The notes under the pieces were generated by a model. That model was not told where the DNA came from. It searched no databases and worked only from the letters and a program-made list of their open reading frames with translations. Below are positions 28,111 to 38,537 of a stretch of DNA of 64,000 nt, piece after piece (within the stretch, counting starts at the first letter, position 1; the number at the start of each line of letters is the position of its first letter). The DNA lies in the sequence record PQ390715.1; one strand, 5' to 3'. The position numbers and the translations under genes are program-made.

Positions 28111-29250
28111 ATGTTACCTTTTGCAAGAATGGTTAAGTACGGGAATATCGCACCTGAACTGATTCTACCTAAAAACAGGTTACAATGTTCTGCTGATGCC
28201 AAATTTTATTTACACACAAATGGCAATCTATATTGGTTTGGTTCTTCAGCATATGGACAAAGTGGTAATGGTTCATTGGACTCTTCAACTGAATGGACTC
28301 TTGTCAACTCAAATGTTACACGATATTGGGGTGGGGTACAAGGAACAATTGCTATAAAGAAAGATGGTACTATTTGGTACACTGGTAGACGTACTGTTAT
28401 TCCAATACTATCTTCAAACACTAACGGCGTTTGGGTTGATATAACACAGAACTTTACTGATTTCGGTGTCAGTGCAGATGATATTGATAGTGTTGTGATA
28501 TCTTCGTGTATGCGTGTATTTTTAAAAAATGGAAAGTGGTTCTACTGTGGTGCTGGTACTGGTGGTGTTTTTGGGAATGGATCAACTTCAAGCGTTTCAC
28601 GATTCACCTATAGTACAATAGAAAATGTTATCAGTGCTGGTTGTGCAATATATAGTACTGGATTAGTACTAAATGATGGTTCATATTGGTATGCAGGTAG
28701 AACGTTTGTATCAGGAACGACGACACAAAACTTGCTCACATTTACACAAGATACTTCGATTAGTAATGCAATTAAAGCAGTCAATACAAATGAAACTTCT
28801 TATATATTTCTTAATGATGGTAATGTTAAAGTTGCATCTATTAACGACTATGGACAAGCAGGTACAGGAAATAGGTCAGTAGCCCCAATGAGTACATTAA
28901 TTCCAAATTTATCATTCCAAGGAGAAGTGGAGTTGGTGGGTGAGCTTGGGACAAACCTTACCGGACCATCCTGTATAATTAATAATAATAATAAGTTATT
29001 TTCATGTGGCCTTAATTCAAATGGTCAATGTGGTATTGGTACAACTGATATGTATATAACATCATTCGCTGAAATGGATCTTACTGCATTAGAAGGTAGT
29101 AATCTTAGTAGTTTTTGTAAGAGCTATTCTTATACGATGTTAGTTGACGAATATAATAATTTATACACATGTGGTGTACCCAATCTTACTGGAATGTCTT
29201 CAACTACTGTACCAACAAGGGTTCCTGATTCACTTCTACCGTGGAAATAA
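28111..29250 (+). CDS. RCC1-like beta-propeller, copy 5
   Basis: GLNSNGQCGIG repeat; start at MLPFARM. Confidence 0.85.
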   Translation: MLPFARMVKYGNIAPELILPKNRLQCSADAKFYLHTNGNLYWFGSSAYGQSGNGSLDSSTEWTLVNSNVTRYWGGVQGTIAIKKDGTIWYTGRRTVIPILSSNTNGVWVDITQNFTDFGVSADDIDSVVISSCMRVFLKNGKWFYCGAGTGGVFGNGSTSSVSRFTYSTIENVISAGCAIYSTGLVLNDGSYWYAGRTFVSGTTTQNLLTFTQDTSISNAIKAVNTNETSYIFLNDGNVKVASINDYGQAGTGNRSVAPMSTLIPNLSFQGEVELVGELGTNLTGPSCIINNNNKLFSCGLNSNGQCGIGTTDMYITSFAEMDLTALEGSNLSSFCKSYSYTMLVDEYNNLYTCGVPNLTGMSSTTVPTRVPDSLLPWK

Positions 29251-29321
29251 TATAATGCCAGTACACTGTACTGGCTTTCTTATTTGTATTAAATATAGTA
29301 TAATGAATAAAGGAGGGAAAT

Positions 29322-30470
29322 ATGTTACCTTTTGTAAGAATGATGAATTATGGGAATATTGCCCCTGGTAAGGATAGGCGTTTTAAAATATATTCAAGTG
29401 ATTCTATGTATCTTCATGATACTTATACTAATAAGTTGTATGCATCTTCTGCGACGAATTGGGGTACTGGTACAGGTGTAGCATCGAGTAAATTTATTCT
29501 TTGTGCAGAGAATGTTAAACGAGTTCTATTGGAAGATAACAGTAGTAGTTGTCAATTGTATGAAGAGAAAGGTACTGGAAAAGTTTTTATCACTGGTAAC
29601 ACGAAGGCATTCACTGGTGTAACTGATACAAAAACTTTGTGGACGGACTGTACTACGTGGATAACATCAGGTGGTATTAATGTTTCTGATATAAAATACA
29701 TGAGTAGTTTTAATGATATGAAGGTGAATTTGATAACAAACGATGGTACGTTGTATTGTTGTGGAGTTAACAATAACTCGAACCTATCATCATTTGGTGA
29801 TGGTACAAACATTAATTCTTTTAACACATTCAAAAGGGTAGATACTATAACTTCGGTTAAAAAGGCAGTTGGTAACATATACCTAAAAGAAGATAATACT
29901 TTATGGGGTTGTGGTTTTAACTATTACTATCAGTTAGGTACAGGTAATCAAACTTCTATTACTGGGGTGACGATGATTGCTTCGGATGTTATAGATTTTG
30001 ATGTAAGTTATCAAAGTACATTTTTTATTAAATCGGATAATAATTTGTACGCTTGTGGTAAACAGTTCGGTGCACAATACGGGAACGAATTTGGCACAGG
30101 TGGTACTTCTTCATCTACCGATATACAATACAAAACTCCGACATTATTGAGTTCGGGAGTTTATACTCTATATACGTGTGTTAGTAACATGGCATCACAT
30201 ATAGCTAAAGGTGATGAAGTTCTATACGCATCTGGGTCGAATAGATTTGGTCAATTAGGTGTTGGTAATAATATTAATCAGTACTCATATACTCCTTCGT
30301 ATACTTCGTTTAATAGTTCGTGTAATTTGGTACGCACTCCATCTGGTTCACTTATACTTACGGACACTGAGCAATTATATTATTGTGGGTATGCTATGGT
30401 AGTAATGGGGGGAATTGCTGGACAAAACATTCTTAGTTATACAGAAGTTGATATGTCATTTATACAATGA
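29322..30470 (+). CDS. RCC1-like beta-propeller, copy 6
   Basis: GFNYYYQLGTG and GSNRFGQLGVG repeats. Confidence 0.85.
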   Translation: MLPFVRMMNYGNIAPGKDRRFKIYSSDSMYLHDTYTNKLYASSATNWGTGTGVASSKFILCAENVKRVLLEDNSSSCQLYEEKGTGKVFITGNTKAFTGVTDTKTLWTDCTTWITSGGINVSDIKYMSSFNDMKVNLITNDGTLYCCGVNNNSNLSSFGDGTNINSFNTFKRVDTITSVKKAVGNIYLKEDNTLWGCGFNYYYQLGTGNQTSITGVTMIASDVIDFDVSYQSTFFIKSDNNLYACGKQFGAQYGNEFGTGGTSSSTDIQYKTPTLLSSGVYTLYTCVSNMASHIAKGDEVLYASGSNRFGQLGVGNNINQYSYTPSYTSFNSSCNLVRTPSGSLILTDTEQLYYCGYAMVVMGGIAGQNILSYTEVDMSFIQ

Positions 30471-30541
30471 TTTAATGCCAGTACAGAGTACTGGCTTTCT
30501 TATTTGTATTAAATATAGTATAATGAATAAAGGAGGAATTT

Positions 30542-31732
30542 ATGTTACCTTTTGTAAGAATGATGAATTATGGGAATATTGTCCCAGTACCACTTCAAAT
30601 TAAGAAAATAATCCCAACTGATTTAGATGTTGTTGTTCTGTATACGGATGGTCAACTATATGCACGTGGGAATAATAGTTTTGGGAAATTTGGTAGGGGA
30701 AACAACACTGCATTAAAATCATGGACATTAATTAGAGAAAACGTTAACGATTGCTGGGTTACACAAGGAACTTTATTAGTAAAAGATAATGACTCAAATT
30801 ATTTTTATTGTGGATATGGTGATCATGTTGGTTTACCAACTAGTACTACTACGTTTTTAAGTTATAACCAATATATTGAAAATTTGTACACGCAAAGTTC
30901 AAGTACTTCAATTAAACAGATGTATGGAGGTACTACGTGGTTTACGGTATTAATGGATAATAATACAATATGGAGTACTGGTTGGAGTGGGGCTAGACAA
31001 TTCGCTGATGGTACTGGTAGTACTCAACAAATAACAGATGGATCATTTGTAAAAGCTGTCACGCCTAATGTTGATATTGCACAAATACAGTCAACAAATA
31101 ACTGTGTAATGTTTTTTGATACACAAAATAATTTATATATTGGTGGTGGTACGTCAGGTATAAGTACCAGTACCACATGGACACCATTTAATGAATATAC
31201 TTTATATAAACCAAGTACAACATACACAAAAACGTTACAATACACTGGATGCTCAAGTGGTGCAGTCAGTGCTTTGGTTGAGAATCCAAGTTCTGGTGCA
31301 CGTCAGTTTCTAGTTGGTGGTTTAGCGAGTAATGGTGCATGGGGTAACAATACCACAACCAGTTCGGCACTTGCTGTATTAGGGAGCAATAGTACGACAT
31401 TACCAACTGGAACTTTGTATTCAATTCATACAGGATACCCAACACAATCTAGTATACTAGTTACGAGTACTGGTGTATATGCAACTGGTTTAAATGCCAG
31501 TAGTTATGCTGGTTCATTGGGTATTGGTACTAGTGCAACTGTTGGTAAGTTTACTGCATGTCCAATGCCTACACAAATAACATATTCTATGTATGATAAA
31601 ATAAAAATATATCGCGGTTCGTATCGTACTTTTCTAACTGCTGATATGAAAAATATATATTCAACCGGAACTTATGATGATGGTGGTCCTAGTACAACTA
31701 GATATGTACTAGATACACCCCGACAATTATAA
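30542..31732 (+). CDS. RCC1-like beta-propeller, copy 7
   Basis: GNNSFGKFGRG repeat. Confidence 0.85.
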   Translation: MLPFVRMMNYGNIVPVPLQIKKIIPTDLDVVVLYTDGQLYARGNNSFGKFGRGNNTALKSWTLIRENVNDCWVTQGTLLVKDNDSNYFYCGYGDHVGLPTSTTTFLSYNQYIENLYTQSSSTSIKQMYGGTTWFTVLMDNNTIWSTGWSGARQFADGTGSTQQITDGSFVKAVTPNVDIAQIQSTNNCVMFFDTQNNLYIGGGTSGISTSTTWTPFNEYTLYKPSTTYTKTLQYTGCSSGAVSALVENPSSGARQFLVGGLASNGAWGNNTTTSSALAVLGSNSTTLPTGTLYSIHTGYPTQSSILVTSTGVYATGLNASSYAGSLGIGTSATVGKFTACPMPTQITYSMYDKIKIYRGSYRTFLTADMKNIYSTGTYDDGGPSTTRYVLDTPRQL

Positions 31733-31804
31733 TATAATAGCCAGTACTCAGTACTGGCTTTTCTTTTTGTATTAAATATAGTATAACAAATAAAGGAGGG
31801 AATT

Positions 31805-32984
31805 ATGTTACCTTTTGGAAGAATGATGAATTATGGGAATATTGCCCCTGGCAAAGATACTGTTGTTAAAATTAATAGTGATGAAAATTCAATAAGCGTA
31901 TTATACAGTGATGGGTCATTATATATGCGTGGACGGAAACCAATTATCAAAAATGGGAGTTACTGGTTCATCTTTTTTAGATAGATGGGTTTTATGTCCT
32001 TATAGTGTTGATGATTTCTGGAGTTCTTTATATTGTACTATAATTAGAACAAAACAAGGGGAATTGTACTATAGTGGAACTAACTCAGTTTTTGGTATAT
32101 CATCTTCTGTTTCAACATGGACTCGTTGTGAATCATATTTTGGATCTATTTCTCCGAGTTCAATAAAAGATATAAAAATAACATCATCAACCAGTACTAA
32201 CAATTCCATGTTAATACTAACAAGTGACGGTCAGTTATATGGTATAGGCATGAATGGTGCAAGTGAATTGGGTACAGCAACTACACCAATTACATCTCCA
32301 CTCTTAATAGACACTAGTGTATCTGCAATTGCATCTAGTGAAATGAGCAGAAACTTTCACTATATAAAAGATGGTATATATTATCGTTGTGGTGAGAATA
32401 CTTTTTATCAATTAGGAACCGGTGATAATAATCCTATTACTACTTTTACTGCATTGAATCTTGGTAGTTCTCATGTAATTGCAGTACAAGCTACACGATG
32501 GGTAACACGTTTGATTGTTCAAAGTAGTACATCTGCTTTGTCTTTAATGGCGGCTGGTTGGAACACACAGTTGACTATAGGTGGTTCTGAAAATACTGCT
32601 ATAATAAGGTCATCATTTACTACAAATCCCTATACCGATATAACAGCAAATTCATTCGATAAACTTTCACCAGTATCCTATGTTAATGCAATAAAATCCA
32701 GTACTAACATTATTAATACGAATGGTAAGGGATATAATTCTAATGGTGCTGGATTAGGCCGCAACGCATTCTCTGGGAATTATGGTTCAATATTACCAAT
32801 AGAATTCTTTGATGATAGTGTTGACTTATCACATGTTGAGTGGTTTGGTACGATTGGTAATGGTTCAGTATCGGTAGTTAGTATAGGTGAGGATTTATAC
32901 TGGACTGGAAACCCTGGGTATTTTACTGAACAAGGTGAGACTGGATATATATATAAATTCAAAAAGTGCATTCCTTTTAGATAA
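31805..32984 (+). pseudogene. RCC1-like copy 8, +1 frameshift near 31937-31939
   Basis: MLPFGRM frame stops at 31984; the propeller continues in the next frame; removing one A from CGGAAAC restores it. Confidence 0.8.
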
Positions 32985-33055
32985 ACACAATGCCAGTACT
33001 TGATACTGGCTTTCTTATTTGTATTAAATATAGTATAATGAATAAGGAGGGAATT

Positions 33056-34198
33056 ATGTTACCTTTTGGAAGAATGGTTAAGTACGGGAATATTGCACCA
33101 GTTCCGGTAGTTCCTACAATAAAAGATTTTAAGATTGGCTTTTCACATGAAGTGTTATTGGACAGTGCAGGTGATGCATGGGGTATTGGATACAATACAG
33201 ATGGGCAGTTAGGCTTTTTGGATGCAAATACCAATTCACTAGGTGCGTGGTCGAAGATATATACTGATGTTCGATTAATTGGTGTTACTGCCAGATATAC
33301 AGTTGTAGTTACTAATAATAATAGAATACTATACGCAGGAAATAACTTAATTTCTAGTACTACCACGCTTGGGTGGACCGATATAACTGCCAGTATGGGT
33401 CCAGTTGCAGTGGATAGCATCGATGCATTATATTGCACAGATGGCATGATGCATATTAAAACTGCTGATGGTTCTTTATACGCATATGGACGTAATATGA
33501 ACGCAAACAGTGGTGTTACTGGTGGTGTTATTAGTGTTGCAACTAAGGTTAATTTGCCTTCTGCTGTAAATGACATGCGATATACGTTTAGTTATGGTTC
33601 AGTACTATGTCGATTGGATACGACTTCTATATACGCATGGGGACGAAACACAAATGGTGAATTAGGCCAGGGTAATACAACAGCTATCGTTACACCAAAA
33701 CTATTGTCTGGTGCTTCTATTGCAATGGGTACTTCGTATAATGCTACTGCAATTGTTTCTGGTTCTGCATCGTTAGTTACGTGTGGTGGTCAGAACAGTG
33801 GTCAGTTGGGTAATGGTATTACTACTGATGGTAATGTTTACGTATATGCTGCTAGAACATACCCTGGCGATCTTAATACTATAAGAAGTCCAGTGGATTG
33901 TAGTACAACGTACACCTCTGCATTTATGAGTCCAGATGGTATATATTACACTGGTGCTAACCGAAGCATGTTTGGTGGTATTAGTGGTGCTGCTACCGTT
34001 GGTGTATATACTAAATGTAGTGATTTACCAATAACATATTCTAATATAATTCAGTGGGGTAGTGGTACTATTGGTGGTGCTATATGTAGTAGTACAGAGT
34101 TATACCAATGTGGCATCGGTCGATACATTGCTGGCGATGGTGCGAGCACAACCAGGTATGGATTTAGGAAGACACCATTACCTTGGGATGTTTATTGA
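33056..34198 (+). CDS. RCC1-like beta-propeller, copy 9
   Basis: GRNTNGELGQG repeat. Confidence 0.85.
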   Translation: MLPFGRMVKYGNIAPVPVVPTIKDFKIGFSHEVLLDSAGDAWGIGYNTDGQLGFLDANTNSLGAWSKIYTDVRLIGVTARYTVVVTNNNRILYAGNNLISSTTTLGWTDITASMGPVAVDSIDALYCTDGMMHIKTADGSLYAYGRNMNANSGVTGGVISVATKVNLPSAVNDMRYTFSYGSVLCRLDTTSIYAWGRNTNGELGQGNTTAIVTPKLLSGASIAMGTSYNATAIVSGSASLVTCGGQNSGQLGNGITTDGNVYVYAARTYPGDLNTIRSPVDCSTTYTSAFMSPDGIYYTGANRSMFGGISGAATVGVYTKCSDLPITYSNIIQWGSGTIGGAICSSTELYQCGIGRYIAGDGASTTRYGFRKTPLPWDVY

Positions 34199-34268
34199 AA
34201 TTATGCCAGTACAAAGTACTGGCTTTCTTATTTGTATTAAATATAGTATAATGAATAAGGAGGGAATT

Positions 34269-35448
34269 ATGTTACCTTTTGGAAGAATGGTTAAGTACGG
34301 GAATATTGCACCTATATATGAATCTAGTGTAATTAAAATGCAAGCACCATCGGCTTTTACCAACAACACATTGATGATTCTGTATAAGAACGGTGATTTG
34401 TGGGGTATTGGCGGTAACAATGCTGGTATATTCGGTCTTGGAAATACAACGACACAGACCAAATGGGTTCGCTTAATGCAAAATGTGAAAAATTTTTGGT
34501 GCACAAGGAATGCTTCATATAGCTTAGTTCAGACCAATGATAATAAATTTTATTATGCAGGTTGGAACCTTTGGACTGGTACATCTAGTGCAGTTCAAAG
34601 TACTACATTTGTTGATTGTACGTCTTATTTTTCAGGTTTTAATGTGGATAATATCAAGGAGATATATCCAAATGTTCGTAATATGTTTTTACTAACAAAT
34701 GATAGTGTTCTTTACGCAATAGGTGATAATTCAACCTATGAGTTGGGTAGTAGTTCATCTACACTTACATCATTTACACAGGTTAATATTAATGTTAAAA
34801 AGGTTAGTTCATTTTTCAATAGTCCAACTTGGATAATTAAAAATGATAATTCAGCATGGAGATGTGGTAAAACTAGTACTGGTACATTGTTAACTGGTTC
34901 TGCTACTGATACTTTGACGAGTTGGACAAAGTATAGTTTTCCTACAGGCCAGTACCCCGTTGATATAATTTCATATAACAATATGTTGGGTATAGTTCTT
35001 AATGTAGATAATACTTATCCGCTATATGGTGTAGGGTCACAAAATTCACGGACAATTAGGAAATGGTGTTCTATCTAATACTAATAAGATATCTTTAACT
35101 CCACAAAGTACTTATTTACAATTAACTAATGTTTCCGATTTTGAATTTATACAAACATATTCACAAAATCCTAGGGGATTATTATATAGAAATGGAAGTC
35201 GTATTTTTGGAACAGGGTATAATAATTATGGACAGCTTGGTAACAATTCATCTAATAATGCTTCAATTTTCGTCCAAGCACAATTTCCAAATTCTGTAGT
35301 TTATGATCCGTCAACATCGTTGGTTGCTGCGAATGACAATGCATTATTTGCATATGTGAATGGGAAATTATACTACACTGGTATGTCTCCAGTAGGGACA
35401 GTTGTTGGTACATGGACTTTAACTGAATACCAATTGCCACAAATTTAA
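34269..35448 (+). pseudogene. RCC1-like copy 10, +1 frameshift near 35041-35049
   Basis: GQLGNG...GYNNYGQLGN continues in the shifted frame to TAA at 35446-35448. Confidence 0.8.
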
Positions 35449-35458
35449 GGAGAAAATT

Positions 35459-36628
35459 ATGTTACCTTTTGGAAGAATGTTAAAGTACGGAAATATTAAA
35501 CCAACTCTTCCTGAAATAAAGAAATTGGATGGTAGTCAATTACATGTCGGATTACTTTATAGTACAGGGAATATGTACATGCGTGGTTCTGGTTCGAACT
35601 ATAAATTAGGTACAGGGGATGCTAGTGATGTATTAGGTGGTTGGGTACATGTACCCTATGAAGTTGATGATTTTTGGGCGTGTGTATCCGGTACATTAAT
35701 AAAGACTGTTGATAATAAGTTATATTGTGCCGGACTATACATGGGTGGATATTTTGGGGCTAGTGGTTCATATGTTAACTGGACTGAAGTAACTTCATTA
35801 TTTGTAGGTATTGACGTGTCGCAAATAAAGAATATAGAATTTACGTCAGCGGGTACTTCCGGTAGTACACTAATATTGATGTTAGATGGTCGTTTATATG
35901 GGTTCGGTATGAACAGTAGATCTGAGTTAGGTGTTAATAACAAAGTTGTATCTCCCATTCTTATAGATACTGGGGTAAGTGCAATAGGAGCACATAAGTT
36001 AGGCGGTTCATCGTTCCATTATATAAAAGGCGGTAAGTACTACAGATGTGGAACATCGGTTGGTAGTAATATTGGAAGTTCTTCTTTAACTACTTTTACG
36101 GTATTGAGTATTCCTGATAACGTTATATCTATGCAAATATTATATGACAACGTACAGTTATTATGTTTAGGAAGTTCTGGATATAGTATCTATATGGCTG
36201 GTTCTAATGATTATGGTGGAAGAGGTGTTGGTGGTTCTACTGTTTACACTACATTCAGGAAAATAGATCTTACAGGATTTGGTGTTGTTCCCAGTGAAAT
36301 ACTATTTGAAAATGCCGGAAATGGTTATGTTAATATATCAACTGATAGTACTGGAGTATATACATGTGGTGGTGGGGCTGGTGTTAATGGTTTAGGTAGA
36401 CCAACTGATGTGATACCAAGTTCACAGTTGGGTTCGGTTCAGTTCAGTACTGGAGTAGTACCATCAAATATAAGTCGCGTGTATTCACAGAGTTCGAGTT
36501 CTGTTATATATTGTATAGTCAATAATGAATTGTACTGGGCTGGGAGTAATTCATATTTTACTGATCAAACCACAAATACTGGTACACAATTTTCATTTAT
36601 TAAAATGAAGGATATGCCTTCTGCTTAG
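35459..36628 (+). CDS. RCC1-like beta-propeller, copy 11
   Basis: LYGFGMNSRSELG; close paralogue of copy 8. Confidence 0.85.
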   Translation: MLPFGRMLKYGNIKPTLPEIKKLDGSQLHVGLLYSTGNMYMRGSGSNYKLGTGDASDVLGGWVHVPYEVDDFWACVSGTLIKTVDNKLYCAGLYMGGYFGASGSYVNWTEVTSLFVGIDVSQIKNIEFTSAGTSGSTLILMLDGRLYGFGMNSRSELGVNNKVVSPILIDTGVSAIGAHKLGGSSFHYIKGGKYYRCGTSVGSNIGSSSLTTFTVLSIPDNVISMQILYDNVQLLCLGSSGYSIYMAGSNDYGGRGVGGSTVYTTFRKIDLTGFGVVPSEILFENAGNGYVNISTDSTGVYTCGGGAGVNGLGRPTDVIPSSQLGSVQFSTGVVPSNISRVYSQSSSSVIYCIVNNELYWAGSNSYFTDQTTNTGTQFSFIKMKDMPSA

Positions 36629-36700
36629 ATTTTATGCCAGTGCCTTGTACTGGCATTTTTTTGTCCTAAATATAATAACGATTTACATTTGGAGGATACA

Positions 36701-37853
36701 ATGCTACCCTTTGGAAGAATTATCACATCATCAAAAAAGAACATACAACCTTCTGTTACAAAAATAGCTTCATCTGATACAACAGTTTTTGCCCTTATGT
36801 CAGATGGTACGTTGTACAGTAGAGGCTCTCAAGAGTTTGGGCAAATGGGTATAGGTAATATTATAACACAAACCAAATGGGTTTTGTGCAATACAAACGT
36901 AGAAGATCTATGGGTTCGGGTATGAGTCAACATTAATTAAAAAGAAAGATAATACGATGTGGTATGCTGGAAATGGTGCATCATTCGGTTTATCAACTGA
37001 TAAGTCAACAACGTGGGCTTCTGCAAAGATAGTGTTTGATAGAATAACAGCACTTGGAAAAACAATAAAACAAATTGCAGTTAGTGCAGGTGCATTAAGC
37101 GTATTATGTACAGACAACACGATATGGAATACGGGTTATGGTAGTTATGGACAACTGGGAAATGGTAGAAGTACCGATTCACTTTCATCATTTGTACAAG
37201 GAACATTACCTACTGGAGTAACACCATCCAAAATACTGGCAAATTTTCTTATGCAAGGATTTATTGGAACCGATGGGAGATTGTATTATACTGGTGCAAT
37301 ATCAGGCGTAGGTACAACCGACATGACGTTATATTCAAAGTACACGTTATGTTCTCAAATAACTAATACCTATACAGTAAAAGATTATACAACAAACTCA
37401 AGTTACTTTGCTTTTGCTATAGCAAATAATAATAGTACTAATAAATTATTTGCATATCATGGTGGTGGTCAATACTTTGGTCAGTTAGCAAATGGTTCTA
37501 CATCACAAACATATATTTCGTTAAGACAAACAACACAAGCACCAGGTGATATAATAAGAAGCAGTGTAGGTTATTCATATTTTTCTAATCATATTATAAC
37601 TTCATTGGGTGTTTACGCAACTGGTAATAACACAGGCGATAACGCAGGTCAATTGGGTATAGGTACACAAACAGATGTGTCGGCCTATACCAAATGTGTA
37701 CTACCAATAGAGATGAATATGAATAACGTATATGTTACAGCAACTTTATACAGAACTTACTTAACCGATGGTATACAAATTTACAGTACTGGACAATATA
37801 TTACAGACGGTGGAGTTGCCAGTACTGTATTTGTCAAAGATTCACCATTTTAG
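36701..37853 (+). pseudogene. RCC1-like copy 12, +1 frameshift near 36912-36919
   Basis: ...DLWV(G)YESTLIKKKDNTMWY is restored by deleting one base in GGGTTCGGG. Confidence 0.8.
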
Positions 37854-38496
37854 GAATATTGTACAAAGTGTATGCGGTTATTTTAGAACTCTTTTTAAAT
37901 TCATCGTAAAGATAATTCAAAATTTTGGAACATTCAATATACTTTTCAATATCTTTATGGATTAATGAGTACTGAAACATTAAATCAGATGATATATTGT
38001 AGGTACTACCTTTTAAACTGTTTAAAATATCACAGATTTCAGGGTTTACGGGTACTTCGTCAAAATTATCATCTAAAACATTTATTTCAAAATCAAAGCC
38101 ATCTTTGTTTTTGATTAATTTGATAATAGAATCACCATAAACATTATATTGTTTTAATGGATTTACTACAATGTTAAAAAGATTGGATGTATTACAATCA
38201 ATATCCATAAAGTATGTATTATCATTGTACTTAATATTGAAACATCCGTACTCAATAAAATCACCAGGAGTTATTGATGAGTTTCTTCTCGTTTCAACAT
38301 AAGAAGCTTTAATTTTGTTTTTATTTAAAAGAGTAATAAATTTCTTAGACTGTTTAGCACCAGCTAAGTAAGTATTATAACTTGGTCTTTTAAAAATTAT
38401 AGGACTAGACTTCTCACCAGAGAAATATTTTTTTATAAATTTACGCTGTTTAACGAAATAATTTTTATAAAACAAACCTAATTTTGTTTTCATCAT
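37834..38496 (-). CDS. Hypothetical protein
   Basis: 220-aa ORF with AGGAG RBS. Confidence 0.75.
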   Translation of the reverse strand: MMKTKLGLFYKNYFVKQRKFIKKYFSGEKSSPIIFKRPSYNTYLAGAKQSKKFITLLNKNKIKASYVETRRNSSITPGDFIEYGCFNIKYNDNTYFMDIDCNTSNLFNIVVNPLKQYNVYGDSIIKLIKNKDGFDFEINVLDDNFDEVPVNPEICDILNSLKGSTYNISSDLMFQYSLIHKDIEKYIECSKILNYLYDEFKKSSKITAYTLYNIPKMVNL

Positions 38497-38537
38497 AACT
38501 CCTTATTAATCCAGTACTATCAAGTACTGGAATTTTA

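Larger units (their letters stand above)
24407..36720 (+). repeat. ~95-bp inter-cassette direct repeat (terminator, promoter-like box, RBS, first ~12 codons)
   Basis: GCCAGTAC-N3-GTACTGGC-TTTCTTATTTGTATTAAATATAGTATAA(TG/CA)AATAA(A)GGAGGGAA(T)TATGTTACCTTTTG at 24407, 25655, 28047, 29257, 30477, 31740, 32992, 34205; degenerate at 36636. Confidence 0.95.

Noticed and set aside
25648-34225. Antisense promoters (AGTACTGGCATAAT) within RCC1 terminators
   Set aside because: The -10-like text is present in some copies, but there is no -35 at the right distance; it is explained by the hairpin sequence
24407-36720. Regular direct repeats as a CRISPR array or DGR
   Set aside because: The intervals are ~1.2-kb genes, the repeat is a terminator-promoter-RBS unit, and no cas or reverse transcriptase gene is in the window
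24496-37120. Minus-strand ORFs inside the propeller genes (e.g. 29552-29878, 32977-33576)
   Set aside because: They are shadow frames of Ser/Thr/Gly-rich coding sequence
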